A stretch of DNA of 64,000 nucleotides from an uncultured Planctomycetia bacterium (GTDB taxonomy: Bacteria; Omnitrophota; Gorgyraeia; JABMRG01): contig CAZWMG010000002.1 in assembly GCA_964634945.1 (NCBI GenBank), positions 102,661-166,660 on the forward strand, read 5' to 3'. The position numbers and the translations under genes were made by a program. Shown here one piece after another: positions 27,501-42,500 of this stretch; position 1 is the first letter of the stretch; each line of letters opens with the position of its first letter. The notes under the pieces are model-generated. The model ran no database searches and was not told the origin of the DNA. It worked only from the letters and a program-made list of their open reading frames with translations.

Positions 27501-30500
27501 GCTCATGTCTCAGGACGAGATAAAAGAGTTATTGGGCGCGGATGCTAAGGATATAGATATTGAGCAGCTTATCAAGGATATGGCAAACCTTAGGAGCGCT
27601 GACTGGAACTGGGTCGGAATCGAGGCCTTCGATATTGATAAACATGGTGATATGCTGTTTGTATTTGCGCTTATGGCTCAGCAACAAATAGATATAGATG
27701 GGGCCCTTATTCCTATAGGAACAACAGGCGTGGAAGAGTTATTTGCCTTTATGGGTAACAAAAAGGCAAAAGACGCTATATCTAATCTTACAAACAACGC
27801 GATAGATTTTAGTGCCCCACAGGATATTTACAGTGATAATTTTAAGGCACTTATTACTAATTCCCAGTCATTATATAAAATATATACAATAGAACAATTA
27901 GAACTCGCGACACAGATAAAGCCTTTATCAGAGAGCCTGTTTAATCTGGAGGAAGGCACATTAAGCATAACAAGCCCAGAACACAGAAGGGTCATATTCG
28001 AGAGGGTAGACGATGCTACGGTAGAAGGCTCTGATGTTATAAGCCATCTTAATTCTGTATTAGAGCTTAAGGAAGACTTTGAGAAGAGCTGGGGAGCTTT
28101 AAGTTTTGAAGAAGATAAAGGAACTTCCGGATCAAGGGGGACGCCTAAGCTGAAGTTTCTTGAAGAGATGGCATATATATATGATAAAGCCAAGAAAGAT
28201 AAAGAGGAAGGGCTTTCAAATTCAAGGTTCGCGGATGAAAAGTTTGTAAAGGCTGTAATAGAGTATTCCGGTCAGCTTGATGACGCAGATTTCTCCTGGT
28301 GCAAATCGGGTAATGAGGCCACAGCCCCTGAAGTTTTAAAAGACTGGAAACGCTATTTCGGCACCCTGGCAGTGATATTGGCTTATGAAGGAGAGGTTTT
28401 TAAGTCCTATCCTGAATACGGAGGCGCTTCAAAAGCAGTAGATAATGTCAAAGAACTGCTGTCACATATGTCAAAATTACACGAAAGTATCACAAAGAAT
28501 AAAGATTATAAAAAAGCCCTTCCTGATGATGCTAATTTTGCTGAATTGAATAATGTAGCATGGAAGTTTCTTATATCCGAGGCAGTGTATGAACTTAACT
28601 GGCTGCCTGACGGAGCTGTTATGGGTATAGAGAACAGGGCGAAAGCGCTTAGTGACTCACTTTCAATATTTGATTATGTAGAGAAGATGTATAAAACATT
28701 ACGAGAAGAGGCCCCAAAGATAACTACTCTTGAAGGCAAAGGTATATTAGATCAATTGATTTCAGGTATTGAGCTTACAGATACTACTATGACAGCTGAA
28801 AAGCTGGAGGCGATGAGAGATGTTATAGCATATTACGTAAGCAAGAGGCCTGAATTAGGCGTAGAGGGCGTATTGAACATTACCCAGACTCCTCTTAGTG
28901 TTGATAGCGTTATATTAAACCTAATTGCGGATACCAAGACGCAAGTAAAATCTGTTAATACGACGACTCTGATAGATTCTATGATATATACAAATATTCA
29001 TTTACGTGATGAGATAAAGGCTGATCTAGGGGAAGAGTCTGAGAATGTTGTGGCATACTGGACAGAGGTAGTCAATCGATCATTAAACAATGCAGCGCGT
29101 TCGGAATCTCTCCGGGAGATCGTAGATAAGCTGAAGAAAGATAGTAACTTTTATTATGTATTTAATCAGCCTGCTTATGTAAAACATCCTACAGGTACTC
29201 CTGTATGGGATATGACCGATGGAGCAGCATGGGATTTTCTTTATGGTACAGCTACAAATTACATAGGCCCTGACAAGCCATGGCAGACATCAGAAGAATA
29301 CCTAGCCTCTGTAAAGGATGTAAGAGATATGCTTGATACATATAAGCCTGAGATCGAGAGCTATCTTTCTGATTCTAAGCTTTGGGGCCTTTCAATACCA
29401 AAGAACCTATTGTATTATAAATGGAATGATTCCTCAGCCGAGGGAGCTAATCAGAAGAAGGTAGCGGATATACTTTGGGGCCTTGCTTTATTAATTAATA
29501 GATATTCCATACCGCATACAAACATTGATACCGGAAGCACAGGTACATTGACTATAAAGGACTTGATTAAATTATCGCCTGATCTTCTTGATAACTTAAG
29601 CAACCAAAAAGGTATAGCCAATACTCAGATATTATCTCTTATCCGTGACCTTCATCCAAGAGTTAATGCGAACGATGTATACAGGACAAATGGGAGAAGC
29701 GGCGCTATAATACGCCAGTTATACGCTGATTTTGCTGAGATGATTCGCACTGGTTACTATTATGTGTATACATATGCACAGGATTCATCAGGCAAGGTCA
29801 AACAGGAGCTTGTGCGTGTTAAGTCTGATGAGCCTATTACAAAAGAGCTTATCGAAAGGAACCTGCGAAGGACTAAAGAATTAATAGACGCTGGAGCGCT
29901 CAATTATATTTATACCATGTCACCTGAAACAAATGGCATAAAATATTATGGTAATTCCGAATACAGCCCTATAATAAGGAATTATTTCAATTACATAGTA
30001 ACGCAAGACAATTATAATCAGCAAGAGTTACTGAAGATGCTCCATGCCAAGAGCATGTATCATCAGTCTATAGTAAAGCAGTCCAGCCAATGGAAGGCAA
30101 AGTTCCATGATTTTTATAATATACCCGCTGGAAGCGAGCTTGACCCATTAACGAATAAGGCATATGACGACGCGTTAAGCATCCTTGCGTCAACACTTGT
30201 TATAGGTAGTGTTAAGTATAATCCCGCAACAGGTACATTTGAGCCTACAGGAGCTGTACCTGAATCAGAATGGAATGAGAAGATAAATGACTTTATAGAA
30301 TTACTTCCTATCATGGATGATATCTACGCTAATAATAAGGCTGCTCTAGATAGTATAGCAGCTGCTTATGGCATAACAGAAGAGAGTGATCCGCAGGCAT
30401 ATTATACAATAGCTGCTGATATAGCATACAATTTTAAGACAGGCTACTTACAGTATGACGCAAAGACAGCCACATTCAAAAGAGCATGGCCCGAAGGAAC

Positions 30501-33500
30501 CAAAGGCAACCTTTCTGCTTTTGTGAACAATGTCTTAAATACTGTCAATAAAGAGTATGTAACCAATCTTCAAACGCTTTTTAATAACCCAAGGGTTATA
30601 AGCCTGGCTAAGAATATTTATGGCGCAGATACAGAAGAAGAGGTATCTGCTGTTATTACAACGATACTCAATGATTTTACAGAAGGCTACTTACAGTATA
30701 ACCCGAAGACAGGCCAATTTGATAAATATATATGGCCTGAAGGAACCAAAGGCAACCTTTCTGCTTTTGTGAACAATGTCTTAGGTACTGTCAATAAGGA
30801 GTACTTAAATAATCTGGGCAGTCTGCTTAATAATCAAAGCGTTATAAATTTAGCGAAGAATGTCTATGGAGCAAGCGCAGAGCAGGAGGTATCCGCAGTT
30901 GCTGCCCAGATACTCAATGATCTTGATAAGGGGTATTTGCAGTACAACCCCGCATCAGGAAGATTCGATAAGAGGATATGGCCTGAAGGAACCAAAGGCA
31001 ACCTTTCTGCTTTTGTGAACAATGTCTTAAATACTGTCAATAAAGAGTATGTAACCAATCTTCAAACGCTTTTTAATAACCCAAGGGTTATAAGCCTGGC
31101 TAAGAATATTTATGGCGCAGATACAGAAGAAGAGGTATCTGCTGTTATTACAACGATACTCAATGATTTTACAGAAGGCTACTTACAGTATAACCCGAAG
31201 ACAGGCCAATTTGATAAATATATATGGCCTGAAGGAACCAAAGGCAACCTTTCTGCTTTTGTGAACAATGTCTTAGGTACTGTAACAACAGGGTATCTGC
31301 GCGATCTGAGGACTATCCTTACTCATTCAAGGTTTAATGCTATAGCTAATGCTTACAAAACAAAGACTGATGAGCAGAAATCCGCGGTTGCTACCCAGAT
31401 ACTGAATGATTATAAGAAAGGTTATTTGGAATATAATATTCAACAGAGAAGATTTATATGGAAAAAGTATGATTTTTCTATAACCTTGTTAAATATAATC
31501 AATGAAAGTGCTGATCTGTTAAGCCGGGGCCTGTTGGACAATATGCGCGAATTATATACAACATATTCAGGAAGCGTAGACAGGATAGCGCAGTCTCAGG
31601 GAGTAGTTGACCGTAATTCAACAGAATACAGCTCAATAGTAGCAGACTTAGCTCGCCGGATGATTCTGGAGAAGATTGATCCAGTAGATTTATGGGACAT
31701 GCCCCGTAACATCGAGGACGCGAAATCCTTAAGAGACGCTTTGGCTGCCGACCCTAATCTACTTAGATTTATAACAGGAAAAAATAATATAAATACTCCT
31801 GAAGTTGAGGCCTGGGTTGTCGCGCAGGCAGCCAAGATAGGCCAGGGCATAGACAAGGGTTTTCCTGATTATAACTCGTATCTCATGGTTATGAAGGCAT
31901 GGATGCATATATGGAATGATGTCTGTGAGCAGATTGGACGCAGGCCTAACATAGATTTAACTTCAGGCTTTGGCTATGAGTTAAGAAACGGCCAACTCTA
32001 TTTAAAATATTATAGCGGGGATTATTCCGGTATAAAGATAGGTGTTGATAATCAGGATCTGGCTGATATTACTGTGACATTGGTAAAGGGCAATGAGGCA
32101 TCTGCTGATGAATACGCTACATGGCAGGTAATGCAGCAGGTAATAAACAAGGAAAGAAGGATTTATAAGATAGCTGATGCCGGGCCCGGTTACGAGAATG
32201 TGCAAAGCGCGTATCGCGGCGATATTAAGGTAATAGAAAAAATCTATGCTTATAAGGAGCAGATACCGGGATACCTCTCTAAGGAGCCGCTTTGGACTGA
32301 AACAAATACCTATGATGTCCGCACAGGAGCTCCAATCAGAGTAGAGGCTCACCACTCTATAATAGAATATTCACGTGAGTATCATGATTGGTATGAAGTA
32401 CCGCGCGATGAACGCAATCCAAGTTTTGGTTTTATAAGATCAACCATGCCTATAGGTGGAGTTATCAGAAGCGCAGACGGGAGTTTAAAAGAGAAGTTTA
32501 CAATAAGCGACATAGATAAAGAGAGAGGCACCTTTGTCCTGCAGGTAGATGTGTATGCGCAGCAAGATGGCAAGGATATTGTTATAGCCACAAGAAGTGA
32601 GATATGTGATATCGGCACAGGTGGTGTTTTGGATCAGAAGAATAGCGATGGAACGTATATCAGTTATACCTATAGAGACATACTTTTAAGGATAGCCTCA
32701 AAAGTAGAAGAGTTTGCTGGAACTGATGAGGCCCCGGTATCTGTGCATGAGCTTTATGATTTAGAGGGCCTGCCTGGCGAAGGTATTGCTGCAACAGATA
32801 TAGACCAATGGAGCAATACAAAGACGCATGATCCGCACGGGGCGCTTGTGGCTCAGACGGATATAACTGTTGCCGGCAATACGACTACCTCTGTATATCG
32901 CAATAAAGATACACAGAAAGAGATAGTAAGAGTTGAGCGGGATGAGCAAGGCCATATAATAAAGATAGGCATGTTTAAGGGGCATGTCCGTGATGAGGAA
33001 ACAGGCGACTACTTGGCAAGAGTTGAGACAGTAGATCCTGTTAGGGCAGGATGGGCCAAGTCAGGCCTTGATATGGAGGCTTTTGTAAGGGATATGGCCG
33101 CCTCTAATTCAGGTAAAGAGTTTATAGATCTTGATCCTAAACTTGATAAGTCGTTGATTGAGACAAGGTTATATAATGGCCCTAAATTAGTTGAACTGAT
33201 ATCAGAATCACAGGCAGGTAAGACCATAACCAAGGTCTATTATGATAAAAGAACAGGTAATGAGGCATTTAGAGTAACAAGAAATGCTAATGGCGAGATA
33301 ATAGATATAGGTATTTATAGAGGCTATCAATATGAGGATAAGATAAGCGGCGCAATATTGACATTGGAAGAGGCAAAACAGATTTATGGCAAAGATTATA
33401 TAAAAGAGACTTATAGGCTAGCGAAGGTTGACAGGCTCGATGTGCAAAAAGCCGGGTGGGATGAGATTATGGATACTACTTTCGGCCGCATGCCCGCTTC

Positions 33501-36500
33501 CGAGGTTTTCTTAGGTCAACTTAAAGAGACATCCGATCCGATAGGCGCGGAATTCAGGATAAATGATAACAAAGGAATGGCTATAAAAGATATTGCAAAA
33601 CAGACCGAACCTTTTGTTATTGAAACAAGATGGTATAGCAATGAAAAGTTGAGAAAGCAGATTGCCACTAATGAAGCAGGAACAGCGGCTACTACTATCT
33701 ATTATAACCAGCAGACAAACCAGGAAATAGGCAGAATAGTAACCAATGAAGACGGGACATTGATAGTAGATATAGGCGTATTTGAGGGATATGATGAAGA
33801 TCATAACGCTATTGTACAGATGATAGATCCTGTAAGAGCCAGCATGAAGGTACATGAAATAGAGGAACTTGCCACAGAGTTAAGGCAGGGTAATAACTTA
33901 ATTATCAAAAGAGACAATGGCAAGATAAAAATAGGCACGTTTGCCTTTGATCCAAAGGTTATTATGGAACGCAGATACAGCGGACAGTATCTTGTTTCGC
34001 AGGAGACAGAATCAGTTGCCGGAAAATCGTGTATACAGGTATACTATGATAAGAACAGAGTGCGTGAATCGGGCAGGGTAGAAAGAAATGTAATGGGCGA
34101 TCTGGTGGGTATAGGCAGATTTATAGGGTATAACGAAAGAGGAGATGCCTATGTAGTAATGCTTGATCTTAGAAAATTGACATCGTTATCAGGATTAGGC
34201 AGAAATTTAGTTCACATGCTTGAGGAGGGCAAAGAGCTTCCGAATAACTTTGGTATACCTGAGGATGCTATGTTTTTGAAAAATTTAATTGAAACCAGGG
34301 TATATAGCGGTGAAAGATTGATGCACTCTACAATATCAGGAATTACAACATCTGTATTTTACAATAAGGATACAGTTCAGGAGATAGCAAGAATTGAAAG
34401 AACACGCGTGCCTGTATACAAGATAAGTGATAAAGGTAAGGTGACAGGAAGTGAGGCCCTTACTCTAACAGAAGAGGGGGATGTAGATTTTAAAGGCAGA
34501 ATAACCAGCATAGGTACGTTTAAGGGGTATGATAGAGAAGGAACAGGTATCTCTACTGTTGAGATGGTAGATACGCGAAGGGCTGGATTGAGCCATAGTA
34601 AAAAAGGACCAAATAGCAGCAAGCCTGTTGATAGTAGAATTCAAAATATAATGGCAAGATTTATCAAGGGAGAGCCTGTATTTTTGCAAGATGACGAATA
34701 TAAAATATTTCCAAGAGCTATAACAAAAAGGCAATATTCAGCAGAAGACCTTTATATCGAAACAGCTTTTTCAGAGGGTGGTTTGGTAGAAACAGAAGTA
34801 AAATATAAAGAAAACTATAAAGGTGAAAAACTCCTTTCAGAAGAAGGTAGGAAGGCATATGGCGTAGATGGTAGCGACGCTACACGAAAGCGCATGCTAA
34901 GACAGACAGGCCTGCTGTTAGGATATCAGGAAGAAACCGGATTTGCCAAAATAAGTATGAAAGATGAGATTACTGGCAGGGGATGGACAGAGATCCATAA
35001 TGTTGCAGGTATTGTAAAAGAGCATATAGAGGTTGACTCAGAAGGTATACTTGACCGTGCTGTTTATAATTACGATGAAGACTGGTTGGCTACTACAAGT
35101 GAAACAGAGGTTATTGATGGAGATGGAACAATAGCAGGTACATCGTATCGTGGGAAATTTAAAGGTTATATTAATGGTTACGCTTTAGTTGAGCTCCAAA
35201 ACGTGAAGAACGAAGATACGTGGCAGGAGCTTCTTAATCAGATAGGTGAATTAAAAGCAAAGGCACAAGGCATTGTAAAGAATGGTAATTTTATAGCGAC
35301 AACAACGGATGTCTTTGATTACGAAGGGCAATTAGGATTATTAGGCACAACCACAAGTATACATGGATATGAATATGACCCAGCTATATCTTTTATCAGA
35401 AACATGCTGCGTAAAGACACGCAAAACGCGGTTACGGAAAAATACGCTATTGATAGATACGGCATAAAAAGACCGGTAGCAGAGCTGACTAGAGCCGATT
35501 TGATAGATGGGAAACCTCTTATACTTTATCACAGCAGGTTAAATGATTATGCCTGCCAGAGCCTTGATAATAAAGAAGGCCAGGTAAGAGCAAAGATAGA
35601 AGGGCTTATTGTAGAAGGTAAATTTGTGCGCCTTTCTATAGAAGTCCCAAGATATATGGGCGTATTTAAACATTTTGGCCATATGTCAAAAAGCCGTGTA
35701 TATCGATACTTCCAGAAGCAAGATCTGGCAAATGACCTTAAGGTTCTAGAAGGCCTATGGGATTTGCACGCAGATGAGACGGATACAGATATTGCCAAAG
35801 CGCTGATGCAGGAAGGCCTATTAAAATATAAACGCATGTTAAGCAAAGATGGTGCAGCTATCCCCATTGAAGAGTTGACGTTGGATGACTTCATAAGTAT
35901 AAGTAATGATATGATAGATATTAAGAATGTTCCTTTATACCAGACCATTACGCCGCTTTTTCAGCATGCGGTTCAAGAGGCAGAGGATGGCAGAGGAAGG
36001 GTCGCGCTCAAATATACAATGGAAAGACAACAGGATGGTACATTCATAAGGAGAAAAGCGGTGTTTTTGAAGTATTATGATGACAGGAAAGACCCCCGTG
36101 TCCCTACTAGCAGCCCTAAATATGGACTAACTGTCATAGCGGATCACAGCAAGACGAATGCGGTTCATAATAACGGCAGCATAAACTATGGCAGGCCCGT
36201 GGATGAGTCTTTTTTTGAAGGCCTTTATAATAAAATGGTACGCATAAGACAGCATGGTTTTGAAAGTAAATTAACCTCGCTGGTAGACAGGAATGGCTGG
36301 GGCAGGGTTGCTGCTAAGCATGAAGGAGTTCTTGCAGAAGGCGAAGAATGGAACAGGTACGCTAAATTTATAGCTACAAGGCACATACTTAAGCATTATG
36401 ATGACTTCACTGAGAATGGCCTGGGCATACTGCGCGTAGCAGACATGGGCCAGACATATGTAATCACAAGCACGACCAAAGATGGCTCATACATATATGA

Positions 36501-39500
36501 TGGAAATTCACCTTTTAAGGTATCGTGGTTTAAGGAGATAGCAGAAGATGCAGAAATAAAGAACTATATCTTAAACCTTAAGATGTTAGAGTCCTGGTAC
36601 GAAAAGATGGATTCTAATGGATTATTAAGAGAGTTTCTTATTACATATGCGGATATGTCAGGCATGTTCAAGCCTTTCAGAGAAGCATTAAGTGACAAGG
36701 CTGCCCACGATATTGCAAACAAGAACTGGGGCGTAATCAGTGAGAATAAATCCAATGCAAGGTTTGATTTTGATCCATCAGTATCTGAAAAACTTATTTA
36801 TCTATATGGTAAAGACAACTATGGGGTATCTAACATACCGGACATGGTGAAAGGTTTTTATATTGGTTTGGCATATAGTAATGGCAGACTAGATAAGAAG
36901 GATGGCGCCAAAACACTTTTTGATCAATCAGTATTGTATTCGGATCCAAAACTTAATATCAAAGAAGTAGATAGCAAGGGTAATGTTGCGTATTTTCGCG
37001 AAAACCTAATATCTGGCTTACCTCGTATCTTTGTTAAGAATAACAGAGGATTTCCTATAGATGTACGATTTGGATTTATAGATCCGGTTACAGGTGAGAT
37101 GATAACGCAGAAAAGAAGCACGTATAAGTATGGCAAAAAAACGGATATCGCTACTGCCGCCAGTACGTTTTCGATTTTTGATACAAGAGATATGTTCGTT
37201 TCAAGTAAGTCTATCATGAAAGCACTTTTGTCAAATGGCACAATTCTTGCTCAGGAATCTTTATATAGTAGAGTTGGGCTTGGCATCAAGCAGTTTGAAA
37301 AACGTACTAATGCTTATAAAACCAGAGGCTCTAGAAGGGTTATTGAGAATGAAGGTTCAAAATCGACAATAGAACTTAATAGGTGGGGGCTTGAAGAATC
37401 TTCTCAAACGTTGGATAAGGGTGACTACATAACACTCGCGGTCTCTGATGACAAAATAGGCGTAGATAGAAGTAGTTTGTCAGTTCCGGTTAAAGAAAAA
37501 ACAGGCATTATTAAGTATAGAGGGGTTATGCTTAATCCGTATTTTCCCGATAGGGCCCCTGAATATTATGAAATAAGGGAAGTGCTCTATTATAATCAAT
37601 CCGGAGATGTTATGTTTAGAGGTGATGAGTGGAGTGATAGATATGGAAATATTGTTGTAAGGGTTGTAAACAAGCATACTAATGACGGCGACGGATTTAT
37701 AGCGACCTATTTCTTTAACAGGGAAGGTTATAAAGAGTATATTGCAGATAGTGTACTTAGCCAGGATAAGACTAAAAACATAAAGCTTACTTTTTCCAAA
37801 AAAATCGACAAAGAAATCGATGCCAGCGAAAGTGAATATTTATATCTACATATTGACGTGGAACCTTCTTTAGCTGGAGATATCGAGTATTCTCTGATTG
37901 TTAGAGATGAGAATACAGAGGCCATTATTAGCCATGACTCGCTATTTAGTCCCTACAGTGGCAATAAAATGCGAGAACCAACAAGAGAAGATCCTGAGCG
38001 CGAAAGCGCGGTTATCACGAATTCAGAGTGGAAAGAAGACCAATCTGTGCTGGTCTTGCCTGTTAAAGAACTGGTTAATCAGGGTATCGATGTATCGCAT
38101 ATCAGAGATATGGAATTAATATGTAAGTCCGGATTTAACGGAAGGATTAGAATTAGCCCTGTTTACAGGCTTGGCGACGCGACAGGCTTGAGCCGCGTAA
38201 AAGTACCTAAATTAGAACAAGAGGCCTTACCTGTCGTTGCTCTGCGAAGCGCCGGAGAGCATGTGATTAAGAACGCGCGAGTCAACATAGAAGGTAAAAC
38301 TTATTATACGCTTACAAGTATTTATAGTGCTGCTAATACACGTTTACGAGATGAGGTAACTATAGAGTACATAAATGAGCTTAATGGTAAGGCTGAAACA
38401 AAGAGTATCATTATCTATTATGACGAATATGGCAAATATCCGGTTCTGAGCGTAGACAAATTGACGGGAGGCAATCCACGCGCGTATGCGGTAAGAGAAA
38501 AAGATGGATGGATATATATATGTTCCACGCACCCTATTACAAATATAAAGTCAGAAGGCGCTTTTAGCAAACAGGCCTTAAGGGATGATATCCCGGCGTG
38601 GGAAAAGCGCGGTGAATTCGTAATGATAGCGAAGATGGAAAAGGGTATATTGGAATATGACTATAACAAGGCTTATAATACACTTATACAGTATATAGTA
38701 AGGTCGGTTAAGGGTGAAGATGTTGAGCATTACTCCAGTTCTCTTGCGCCGCTTATGACGCCTGATTATCTTATCGAGCTCCTTGATTATACAGGAGAAA
38801 CCCTTGCAAAGGAATTTACCAGAAACATAGATGTTGATGTTCCCGAGTATGATCTTTCTAATATCTCCCCTTACCTATCAGGTGGAGAGGTTTTATCTAG
38901 AATGCAGAGCTTTAAAAAGGCATTTCAGCCTATAATTCAACACCAGGCGCGCGCCCCTGATGATAAAAAACCAACGCTCTTTTTAGACGCAAAAGACTCT
39001 GATATAATGAGCCTATATGATAACAGCATATTAATGCCCGCTTTGTGTATGTCAGGCCAACAGCAAAAGGCAAAAGAGATAATATCGTTTGCCTTATCCA
39101 CCCCACAAGATGCTGAGACCGGTTTAATATATGACCAGTTTTACGCTAAAACAAACCATCCTAAGCTTGGAAGCAGTAGAGACGTTACTTTGCATTCAAA
39201 TGTTTATTTTTTAATCAACTCATTAAGCTACTATCTTGAAACAGGAGACGATGATTTTCTAAAAAGTACAATAGATCTGGCAGATAACCTTATCACAGGA
39301 CAGTTATTAGACCGGGAATCAGGTTTATATTTTGAATCGACAGCGATACAAAGTATGGTAGCGCTCCAGTCTGATTATAGGGAGATTAAAACTGACGACC
39401 AGATCCTTATGCTTAATCTTTGCGATGCGCTGCTAAGTGACCCAATAAGGCAAAATATCGGAAACAAGCGCATCGCGGTAATTGAGAAAACAAGAGACGG

Positions 39501-42500
39501 CATACTATTGGCGCTTAAAGATAAGAAATTAGTAGACTCGGAAAATTCTATTATTTACAGGGGTTTGTATAAAATATTTAAGAAAACAGAAGATCACCCA
39601 TATACTTTGTTAGGTTACGGATTTATGCCAGGGCTCTCAAGCAAGTCATTTTTAAATGTTATTTCGTTTAATGCTGACGGGGATAAGCTCAATTTGAGTT
39701 TCAAAGACGTTTTTGATAGATTCGAGTCTCACTTTATAGTATCAATCGGAAAGATTAATAACGATGTTATTGCCGGACCAAACCTCGCAGGCATTGACCA
39801 GGGCGATGTTATATACACAGAAGAGTTGATGAGCCTAATAAACCTACTCCGCTTGGAGATAGAAAATTCCAGGGATATAAAAAACAAGGATTATTACAGG
39901 AGAAGGTTGGAATTCTATTCAAGGTCTCTCAGTCACATAGTTGATATGTCAAAAAACTCCAGCCTGATGGATATTCCGCTGGTTGTATCCATGCAAGATG
40001 GCAAGATAGCGGATACATCCAAAAAGAGTGTGGCTCACAGGCACAGGGCAGCAATTTTAAATAACCTTTATCGTTCATCAATAGTCACTTCAGCGGAAAA
40101 CTTTTACAGCAGTATAGGGTATTCACCTGAGAAGATACAGGGCGGCACATTTTTCCGAAAGCTAAAGATAGCAGCGGATAGACAGGCATCTATGCAAAAA
40201 TCCGAGACACAAGAGATCTCAGATGAGAGTTCGAAAAAATATATTATCGCCTTTATTCTGATGATAGCGGCGTTGGCATCTCTTGGTATAGCAAGTTCTT
40301 TTTACAAGGCAAAGCCGTACAAGTCGACCAAGCCTTCTCCGAAAGGTGATGACAGCGGTGATGGAGAAGGTACCCCTCCTGCTGATGAAGGCACAAAAGA
40401 AGCTGTTGTGGCAGCAACGGTATCAAGCTTACAGAAAATTACTATAAAGGCACTTGCTATAGTTAAAAAGGCGAGCCTGCCGAAAAAACTGATGATCTTA
40501 GCTGTTATGTTAGCAATACCGCTCTTACTATCTAATCCGGCATTGTGTGCTGGATTAGGTCTTCTAACTCAACAATCAGTTGTTGCCCTTACCGGTCTGC
40601 CGCTGATATCTTCCGCTTTGAATTGGATAAGCTCATTAGGTGCGGTTAAATTAATATATATCGCGGTATCGCTTGCCTTTCCGGCGTTAATCCTTGCTTC
40701 AAATTACATAACCTCTTTCGCAAGAAAGATATGGTTTAGCACTAAGATGCGCAGTATCGCAAAAGATGGCAAAGCCAAACTGTACGATAAAGATGACATG
40801 GAAATAGCCCTTACCAGGTGGAACAATATGATTAATATGACCAGCGATGTTTCAGATAAGGAAAATAACGTTGTTGTAAATCACCCCAGAGTAAGGAAGG
40901 CAGACGGACCGATTGAGGTAAATTTCCTTTTTAGTCTTCGGGTTATTTATACATTGGCATTAAAACAACATAAAGAAGAAACAAAATTAAGCGATGACGA
41001 TCTTATAACAAAGACAGATGACCCGCTACTTAATGGCCTTGACACTTTTGTACTTATGGTTGGAATGTATATGCGTAAGGTTATCTATGACTCAAAAAGA
41101 GATGAGAATGGCCAATTAGTAGATAGTAACCACATATGGTCAAGGCTCGAATCTTATTTTTATGAAAAGAGAGAGCTTCTAAGAGATGCGATGTCACAAA
41201 ACAATAAAGCGGAATTTAATGATATACTGATAGATATGGGGATTGCCCCGATAGCGCAAAAGAGCGCAACAAATGAAGCGATATTGGAGATAGTCGAAGG
41301 TTATGGAGATGCAAGCTCTGAGGAATTCAGAGACGAGCTGGCAGAAAGAATAGGTGTTTCAGCTGAAGATCTGGGTGTAAAAAAGTTTGTAGAGGATTTT
41401 GAGAATTTTACTATACAAGAGGATTTGGCAAAACCTATCCATCCATGGGCGCTGCTCGCCGCGCGGCTATTGCCAAGGTTCCTGCTTGCTGCGGTTGGAG
41501 CGCTTATATTTAAGGCAGAGGCATTAGGCGCCACTGGTTTCTTAGGTGCTTTTATCGCAGGCCCATTAGCAGCTTTATGGCCTTATCTTGCTATTGCGGG
41601 AATAGTTATTATTCTGGGCTCATTGCTTAATCTGTATATTGGTAGGCATGCTAAATTAAATAAACTATCCGGTACATTAGGCACTGTTTCGCGTCTTACA
41701 AAAATAGGCGCATTAATCGGGCTTACATGCCTTGTTGCCGCTATTTCGCTTACGCCATTAGCTGCGGCAGGCGCTCCTTTAAGCATAATGTGGTTAGCCA
41801 AGCTTATTATAATCAGCTATCTTACTTTCGAAACATTTAGCCAGATATTCTTCAGGCATTCAATAACATGGCTTTCTCTTAGGTATCATTTCTCACCAGC
41901 TGTATCTACGGGTGGCCCTGGTTCTGTCATATCATATGTTACTTTATACGCGCTTACAATAGCTTTCGGAGCGCTTATGGGATTTAGTACTTATAATTTC
42001 TTTGTACAGTTTCAAGCTTTAGATACAATAGGAAGTTTCTTGCAATTAGTAGGGGGAGTGCTTGTATTTATTAATACCTTATATTTGACTAATTATGGTT
42101 TCTGGCAGATGCTTACCGGTGCAGCTTCAGGGGCCGTAAAGTTCCCACTTCAATTATCAGCCTTGATACTTTCTGCCGGAGTCTTTACCTTTGCCTTGCC
42201 GGCATTCTTACCGATTATACCTATTGCCGTGTTACTGATAAATAAGGTTATTAGTTGGATAGTACCTTTAAATAAAAGAAAGCGCCTAAAAGATGAGGCT
42301 GATGAGCAAGATAAAAAGACAGTTCTTGTATATATGGGCGGTGACGCGCTTGGCATGTTCATTAGATTGGCTGATCCCGTAGGGGAATTTATTAACAGAT
42401 GGAAAGCCTTAAGAGGAGAGAATTCCGAAGTTCTTAGTGCAATCAGAAAAGAACTTGGCTGGAAGGGCCTTACTTCGGAGAAAGAATTAGAGGTAGTAAG

